Positions 22,660 to 29,814 of a stretch of DNA of 29,814 nucleotides are shown piece by piece. Each line of letters starts with the position of its first letter. Within the stretch, counting starts at the first letter, position 1. The translations under genes and the position numbers were made by a program. This DNA is from Chiloscyllium plagiosum (Eukaryota), in contig NC_057720.1 of assembly GCF_004010195.1 (NCBI RefSeq), positions 21,270,922 to 21,300,735 on the forward strand, in the 5' to 3' direction. Under the pieces are notes generated by a model, which saw nothing but the letters and a program-made list of their open reading frames with translations, was not told the DNA's origin and did not search any database.

Positions 22660-23215
22660 CAATAACATTGTTCAGAAACTGAATTGGACTAATGATATAA
22701 ATACTGTGGCTGCAATAGCAGGTCAGAGGTTAGAAATTCTGTCATGAACAAATTACCACTTGACTTCCTAAAGTCTATCCTTCACCTAAAAGTCACCAGT
22801 CATGACTATGCCATTTCTATTGATAATTTAACCCAAACTATTTGTTTGACACCCAAGCCACCATCTTAAACAATCATGCCCTCCTCCACAGTGTGTATCG
22901 AATACAAGATGCACTGCAGTAACTTGCACAGCACCTTCCAAATCCACAACTTCCACCACCTAGAACCGTTGGGGGAGCAAATGTATGGATCTCCACCATC
23001 TGCAAGTTCCCTTCCAAGCCATTCACCATCCTGACCTACACCTATAATACTGTTCCTTCATTGTCTGGGCCAAATCGTACAACTCCCTTCTTTACAACAT
23101 TGTCAGCATACTCATGCTCTTCAAAATGGCGGCTCACCGCTACCTTCTTCAGGGCAGTGGGGATGGGCAATGAACACTGCTTCAGCTAGCACCATGAACA
23201 TCCTGTGAAAGAACT
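22660..23215 (+). mobile_element. 3' region of the second CR1/L2-group LINE
   Basis: Collinear with 2775-3265, and its 5' part is the reverse complement of 18500-18700; ends GGGCAGTGGGGATGGGCAATGAAC. Confidence 0.75.
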
Positions 23216-23439
23216 TTTAAAAGAATGACTTCAAACCCGATTTGCTGTTATTTCAATCAATAAAACCTGATTGCCCTCTTATGACTGAATAGGAAAAGTG
23301 TCACACAAAAGGAAGTTTGCAAATGCAACAATTCCAATTTGTTATTAATTGGTTACCCATTGAATTCAAGAAGACCAGACCAACTGCAATCTTAAAATGA
23401 ATGGGAGAGAATAAAGAGTCCTTGCAATAAAGAAAACAC

Positions 23440-23849
23440 TGCACTGCTTCAATGAACATTAGACCTCCTAAGGTACTTTGCAATCAATGAAATGCTTTTG
23501 ATTTGTAGTTACTGTTTTAACGTAGAGAGAAACATGGCAACCAATTTGCGTCTGGCAAAGTCCTATAAACACCAATGTTCCCTTTAAAATTAAATGACAG
23601 AGTAACGAGTTCTATCAATGTTGGCTGTGGAATAAATATTGGTCAAGACATCTTTTGTGGCGCTTTGTAGGAGATTTTATTTCCACCTACAAGGTATGAT
23701 AGGTCTTTACATTTTAAAGTCTCACTCAAAAGATAACACCTCAGTTTTACACTGAAATGTCAGTCTGGTTTACGTGCGAAAGAATTGGAACTTGAACCCA
23801 CTACTTTATGACTCAGAGGCAAGTGTGATACAGCTGAGCTAAGGCTGAT
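23440..23849 (-). mobile_element. DeuSINE (SacSINE1/AmnSINE1-related), old, near full length
   Basis: Reverse complement has a tRNA-like head (TAGCTCAGCTG...CCTCTGAGTCAT...GGGTTCAAGTTCC), then Deu-domain remnants (GAGGTGTTATCTTTTGAGTGAGACTTTAAA, GTCTTGACCAATATTTATTCCACAGCCAACAT), judged against a recalled consensus. Confidence 0.65.
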
Positions 23850-25619
23850 ATTTATAATGGAAGGAGCCTCTGTAAACATGTCATACTGTCCCACCTGTCA
23901 TCTTGAACAATGTACCTTAAAAAAGCTGCACAATTTTCAAAGATTTGAAAACCTACAATGCTTTCAGAGATAATTTGATGAAACAGGTACGGTTTGAACA
24001 AAGTTGGCTTTATGAATATAAACGTCCACGTACAGAATTGGTCTGCTCTACCATTTAGCAGGTAAACACTAGAAATTGCTGTCATAGATAATTCAGCTTG
24101 TATTCAAGCTGTGATTTTTTTTTTTGGAAAATAATTTAAATGTAAATTATCTTTTCACTCCGATGTAATCATTCTGTGTTTTGCCATATAATTTGAAGAT
24201 CCATTTGGGTAAAAATAGAACACAGCCCTTTAAACCTGCAGATAGAAAAGATCAGACATGCCAGAAGGACAGCATGAAACCATTTGGAGAGACAGTCCGT
24301 GATATCTATTAATTTTGGCAAACTGTCATCCACCTGCTTCTTGCCATCCCTAAAGTTGCTATAAATTGAAATGATTTACAAAGTCAAAGAACTGATTTAG
24401 ATTTTCAAGCTCATACATATTTAATAAACTCAGTATTTTGCACTCAAGACAATAATGATGTTTAATTCTTGCTTTGCACCTGCTGAAAAATAATGTTGTA
24501 CCTTTTCGGTGTGTGATCTTATAAAGAGAATGACTAACAATATTAGACCTGATCTTCTTTCTTCCTTTTGGGTTGCAAAGCTGAAACTTCAAAAGCCATC
24601 ATGCACCCTTTTCAATTACACTTTGCAAAACTCTTTTCATGTTGTATATAAACTGACTACAGAAACAATATATAGCGTATTGTAATATACTGATTAAAAT
24701 AACATTTTTTAACTTCAGCAACACTGTTTACTTTCTGCGTTCAGCAAATTAATCAGAGCTCTAAGCCACAACAACCCATGGCTTTCAAAGATGCATTCAA
24801 TGTTCTTAATGCTTGTTATATAATTAAGGGTTCAGAATGGAATAATTGTGCTTCCTTTGTGACTTATTGTGAAACTGACCACAAGCAGCTATTCCATTTA
24901 TTAAGCTTGAGTAATTTTAAATTAAAAAGATGAAGTGTAGCGCCTGCATGTTGAGAGAATCCTTTATATGATAAGAACTTGTTTTATAAATCTGGAGCTG
25001 GAACTGCTACAATGATTTTTTTTAGTGTCAAAATGTTTTGTGGGTTTAAATCAATTACTGGAAGCTACATTTGCCAGACTATTCAGAAATTATGCACTTT
25101 TAGAAAATTCCAAATAAATCTTTGCAAATTGAAGCATTTGTTTTCAAATCATCAATAAGCAGAGAGTTACAGGGATGTCTCATTTCACATGGACCTATCT
25201 ATAATTTCAGCTAAGCTTTGGAGAGATTACAACTTAATGTTAGCATCAAGCAATAGTTTGCTTTTAATTTAGCATCAAACCTTCTCATTTTATAGGTCCG
25301 ATACAGAATGTAAGTCCATGATTCTATCTTATCAAAGCTCCTTTTCTTCAACCACAGAACAAGGCCCTGTACCATGGCACTCAGGTTTGTGATTTGCAAT
25401 TTCCACACTGGTCTGTTTTGAATGAAATAACTAATTTTGTGGGAGTGAGTACCGAATACAGGAGAAGTTTATACAATCGGCTATTAGCAATTGGATGAAG
25501 GCTGTCTAAGTTCACTTAATGGGGGTACCATGCAGTTAATCAATGTTGGTAACTTTCATCCCATCAAGCCCAGGTCTCAGTGTTAGAAGCCCCAGGTGTC
25601 ATTACAAGATGGTGGTCAC

Positions 25620-26215
25620 TCATGGAAATAGAAACAAAGAACCGTAGAAATGACACAGCAAAGAAGGGGAGCATTTGGCCCAACATGTCCATGTGGACCC
25701 AAATAAACTCTGATGCCCCCTTTTCTAACCTGATGCTTCTGCACATGGCCATAGCCATGCAGCCTATAGCACTCAAGGTACAGATCCATGTACTTTTTAA
25801 AAGAGTGTATGGTCTCTGTCTCCACCATCAACTCAGGCAGTGAATTCCAGACACCCACCACGCTCTGCGTAAAAGGGTTTTTCCTCATGTTCTGTCTAAT
25901 CCTTCTGCCATTTAGCTTGAATCTATGACCCCTGGTTTTGAACTCTCTGCCAAGGGAAACAGGTCCATGCTGTCCACTCCAATTGGGTAAACCTCAATCA
26001 TGTCGCTCCCTCAGCCTTCTCTGTTCCAAGGAAAACAATCCCAACCTCTCCAATCTCTCCTCGTACATACAATACTCCAGCCCTGGCACATTCCAATAAA
26101 TCTTCTCTACGCTCTCTCCAGAGCAATTGCATCCTTTCGGTAATGTGGTGACCAGAACTGCACACAATATTTCAGTTATAGCCTCACCTGCTTACATATT
26201 TTTATCATTACATCC
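25620..26215 (-). mobile_element. CR1 LINE 3' fragment
   Basis: MRKNPFTQSVVGVWNSLPELMVETETIHSFKKYMD in ORF 25616-25888; LKYCVQFWSP at 26150-26180. Confidence 0.88.
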
Positions 26216-26967
26216 CTACAAATGATTTGAGATTTCTTTGTTCTAAACAGGGATGATCTCTGTCACACTGAAGGTAATAGGCACCAGGGTAATTTCAACT
26301 TTCTTCTGCATAATGACCATTCTCTGTGTACACCATTCATAGTCCAATGAGATTGCAAGTCTCATGGTAATGTTTCTTAACGTCTCTAGTCTTCTTCAGG
26401 ATAAGAATATCCACAACAGGAGAGAGAGTACTCGGAATGCCTGAATGTCTGGTCCTCACCATGTTCAAAGAGCAGGCTGCTGAGCTCGCCAGAGAGAACA
26501 TGTGCAGAAGCACAGATTGCATCTAGTGCATTATAAGCCACCAAACAGCTTCTGACATCTGTACATCAAGCCACCACTGGACTTAAATTCATCCTTTGGT
26601 ACTGGAAGTGCCTCCTGACCTTGGCACTTCTTTATGTTTATTTTTCCAGCATCTGGATCAAAACTGTGGGACTGTGGAAGATGCACAACAGTCAATTCCC
26701 AAAACATCTTGTTCCAAATCCCATCCTGAGCAGCTCTGAGGAGGAGCAGCTGGGATACAGAGGAAACACTCGCAAGGCATTTATTATCCCCATTCCTGAC
26801 CACTGCAGGGACTTCCACTTGGGTGTGTAATGTCTCCAGAATGGGCTCAGGGTCATTTTCTGTTTAGCAGTTCATAGGAACAAAGGGTTGAGGTCTCCAA
26901 TGTTTGGTGGACTACTCCTGCTGAGTTCACATACCGGTGATATGCCTCTGGACTTGGCCATTCTTAT

Positions 26968-27372
26968 GAACATGTGAATTATAAGGAGAAGGAGTCCATT
27001 CAGATCCTTGAGCCTGCTCTGCCATTCCGTAAGATCATGGCTGATCTCATTGTAACCTCAAATCTGTTTTCTAGCCCCGATAACCTTTCACATTCTTAGC
27101 TAGAATCTAACAACCTCTGCCTCAACAATATTGAAGGACACTGCTTTTGCCATCTTTTCAGGAAGGGAGTTCCAAAGACTCACGAGCCTCTGAGAGAAAA
27201 ATAATTCTCCTCATCTATGATTCAAGGGGGTAATCTCTGATTTTAAACAGTGACCCTAGCTCCACTCTCTCCAATAAGAGAAAACCTCCTCTACACATTT
27301 ACACTGTCAAGACCCCTCAGGATCCTTTATGTTTCAGTCAAATCACCCTTTTTAATTTTTGAAACTCCAGCA
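26968..27372 (-). mobile_element. CR1 LINE 3' fragment
   Basis: GAGCCTGCTCTGCCATTCCGTAAGATCATGGCTG matches 16523-16557; GGAGTTCCAAAGACTCACG...GAGAGAAAA corresponds to the FFSQR..WNS region. Confidence 0.8.
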
Positions 27373-27379
27373 GGTATGT

Positions 27380-27680
27380 GGGCTGGCATGGTGGTTCAGT
27401 GATTAGCACTGCTGCCTCACAGTGCCAGGGACCCGGGTTCGATTCCAGCCTCAGGTGACTGTCTGTGTGAAGTTTGCACATTCTCCCCATGTCTGTGTGG
27501 GTTTCGTCCAGGTGCTATGGTTTCCTCCCACAATCCAAAGATGCGTATAGGTGAATTGGCCATGCTAGATTGCCCACAGTGTTCAGGGATGTGTAGGTTA
27601 GATGCATGAGTTAGGAGTAAATGTAGAGTAATGGGGATTAGGTTTGGATGGGATACTCTTTGGAAGGTTGATGTGGACTT
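27380..27680 (+). mobile_element. HE1-type V-SINE, tail cut at the junction with a CR1
   Basis: A-box, B-box GGTTCGATTCC and V-domain; stops at GTGGACTT, where an opposite-strand CR1 tail begins. Confidence 0.9.
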
Positions 27681-28020
27681 AGAGTCATAGAGATATACAG
27701 CATGGAAACAGACCCTTTGGTCCATGCCAACCAGATATCCCAACCCAATCTAGTCCCACCCGGCCCATATCCCTCCAAACCTATCCTATTCATATACCCA
27801 TCCAGATGCCTTTTAAATGTTGCAATTGTACCAGCCTCCACCACTTCCTCTGGCAGCTTATTCCATACATGTACCACACTCTGTGTGAAAAAGTTGCCTC
27901 TTAGGTCTCATTTATATCTTTCCCCTCTCACCCTAAACCTATGCCCTCTAGGTCTGGACTCCCCGCCCCAGGGAAAAGACTTTGTCCATTTACCCTATCC
28001 ATGGGCCTCATGATTTTATA

Positions 28021-28319
28021 GGAGAAAGTAAGGACTGCAGATGCTGGAGATCAGTTTTTTTTTGTTTTTTTTTGTAGAGGGAGGAAGAGAGCTTCTTCAA
28101 GGAAGGCATCCTTGTAAGAGGATTCGCAGTAGGTTGAAGTCTTTGAGGAGAATTTTTTTTTGTAGAGGGAGGTTTTTTTTTGTAGAGGGAGGGCCTGAAG
28201 AAGGGCTTATGCCCGAAACGTCGATAATTCCTGAAGAAAGGCTTATGTCCGAAACGTCAATTCTCCTGTTCCCTGGATGCTGCCTGACCTGCTGCGCTTT
28301 TCCAGCAACACATTTTCAG
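28021..28319. mobile_element. Scrambled Penelope-derived insertion with T9 restart repeats, tandem hammerheads and a 14-bp TSD
   Basis: CTCATGATTTTATA at 28007-28020 and 28320-28333; bases 28021-28054 are the reverse complement of the 4093-4123 extension; 28195-28315 match the 3996-4085 terminal repeat. Confidence 0.85.
28191..28262 (+). ncRNA. Tandem pair of minimal hammerhead ribozyme motifs (36-nt period)
   Basis: CUGAAGA-A-GGGC-UUAU-GCCC-GAAA-CGUC (28195-28222) and CUGAAGA-A-AGGC-UUAU-GUCC-GAAA-CGUC (28231-28258). Confidence 0.75.
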
Positions 28320-28539
28320 CTCATGATTTTATAAACCTCTATAAGCTCAGCCTTCAGCTTCCAACACTCCAGAGAAAACAGCCCCAGCCCCTATACCTCA
28401 AATCCTCCAACCCTGGCAACGTCTTTATAAATCTTTTCTGAATCCTTTCAAATTTCACAACATCCTTCCGATAGGAAGGAGACCAGAATTGCTTGCAATA
28501 TTTCAACATTGGCCTAACCAATGTCCTTTACAGCCGGAA

Positions 28540-28742
28540 TGAAGGCTTTCCATTTTCAAGCCATCCCTTTACCTTGAACATCTGCCCCCACTCAAATTTT
28601 GAAAGTTCTTGCCTAATACCATCAAAATTGGCCTTCCTCCCATTTAGAACTTTATCTTTTAGATCCAGTGTATCCCTTTACATTATTATTTTAAAACTAA
28701 TAGAATCATGGTCACTGGCCCCAAAGTGCTCCTCCTCTGACA
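28540..28742 (-). mobile_element. CR1 ORF2 fragment (end of the endonuclease domain)
   Basis: SEEEHFGASDHDSISFKIIM...KVLNGRKANFDGIRQELSKFEW on the minus strand. Confidence 0.8.
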
Positions 28743-28743
28743 T

Positions 28744-29814
28744 CTGAAGTGCATATACTTTAATGCAAGGAGTATAGTGGGTAAGGCAAATGAACTTAGG
28801 GCTTGGATTGGTGCCTGGGGGTATAACATTATTACAATCACAGAGACTTGGTTGAAGGGAGGGTATGATTGGCAACTAAATGTTCCAGGATATAGATGCT
28901 TCAGACAGGACAGGGAGGGAAGTAAAAGTGGGGGTGGAGTTGCATTGCTGGTCAGGGATGATATCACAGCTGTGCTAAAGGAGGACACTATGGAGGGCTT
29001 GAGTAGTGAGGCATTATGGGTGGAGCTGTATTACAGGTAGAAGAACAAATAGGAAAACAGATTATGGAAGGCAACAGTGTGGTGGTGATGGGAGGTTTTA
29101 GTTTTCCCAACTTTGATTAGATTAGATTAGATTACTTTACAGTGTGGAAAAAGGCCCTTCGGCCCAACAAGTCCACACCGACCCGCCGAAGCGCAAACCA
29201 CCCATACCCCTACATTTACCCCTTGCCCAATTTAGCATGGCCAATTCACCTGACCTGCACATCTTTGGACTGTGGGAGGAAACCGGAGCACCCGGAGGAA
29301 ACCCACGCAGACACAGGGAGAATGTGCAAACTCCACACAGTCTGAGGCGGGAATTGAACCCGGGTCTCTGGCAATGTGAGGCAGCAGTGCTAACCACTGT
29401 GCCACCATGCCGCCCACTGATACACTTAGTATCAGAGGTCTTGATGGGGTAGAATTTGTAAGAAGCATCCAGGAGAGTTTTCTAGAGCAGTATGTCAATA
29501 GTCCGACGAGGGAAGGGGCCATATTGGACCTGGTACTGGGGAACGAGCCGGGACTGGTGGTAGAAGTTGCAGTAGGGGATTTCTTTGGGAACAGTGACCA
29601 CAATTCTGTAAGTTTTAGAATACTCATAGATAAAGAAGACAGTGGTCCTAAGGGAAGAGTACTAAACTGGGCCAAGGCCAATTATATCAAAATTAGGCAG
29701 GAGCTGGGAAATGTGGATTGGACACGGCTATTTGAAGGGAAGTCCACATTTGATATGTGGGAGTCTTTCAAAGATAGGTTAAAGATAGTGCAGGATAGGC
29801 ATGTCCTGTTGAAA
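28744..29814 (+). mobile_element. CR1 ORF2 N-terminal apurinic-type endonuclease region, interrupted by HE1, runs off the window
   Basis: LKCIYFNARSIVGKANEL, ITETWL, GGGVALLVR, YVNSPTREGAILDLVLGNEPG, FGNSDHNSVSF and LNWAKANY. Confidence 0.92.
29116..29415 (-). mobile_element. HE1-type V-SINE, young, full length, inserted in CR1
   Basis: Intact A and B boxes, V-domain, retained CpGs, and an (ATTAG)n tail at 29116-29134. Confidence 0.95.

Larger units (their letters stand above)
27681..28535 (-). mobile_element. CR1 (HER1-type) LINE 3' fragment, interrupted by the Penelope insertion at 28021-28319
   Basis: VHVWNKLPEEVVEAGTIATFKRHLDGYMNRIGLEGYGP; tail CTGTATATCTCTATGACTCT; the EVYKIMR region is split at the TSD. 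Confidence 0.9.

Noticed and set aside
26630..26830. Polypyrimidine/AG acceptor followed by an open frame
   Set aside because: No convincing donor or recognisable peptide; the weak resemblance to an RTE-type LINE C-terminus is too degraded to call either way.

Overview
This is eukaryotic, vertebrate, AT-rich non-coding DNA (intron or intergenic). The repeat content points to a shark or other elasmobranch (inference): HE1-type V-SINEs, HER1/CR1 LINEs, a SacSINE1-like DeuSINE and Penelope-like elements. I cannot support any intact host gene. The ORFs I can assign are fragments of decayed CR1 ORF2 (endonuclease/RT) or a Penelope GIY-YIG domain, or are SINE read-through. The most interesting signal is a set of Penelope-derived mini-insertions carrying eight minimal hammerhead-ribozyme-like motifs (CUGANGA-stem II-GAAA-palindromic stem III). 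Two are near-perfect fold-back elements of about 230-245 bp with 12-14 bp target-site duplications (TSDs). A third, of 299 bp, contains four exact T9-G restart units plus a tandem hammerhead pair, which looks like iterative, telomerase-like re-priming on one RNA end. Also present are a MER44/Tigger7-like MITE, a tandem pair of short TG...CA LTR-like units, nested SINE/LINE insertions and one weak candidate first exon. Family names come from recalled consensus sequences, not searches, and boundaries of old repeats are approximate.
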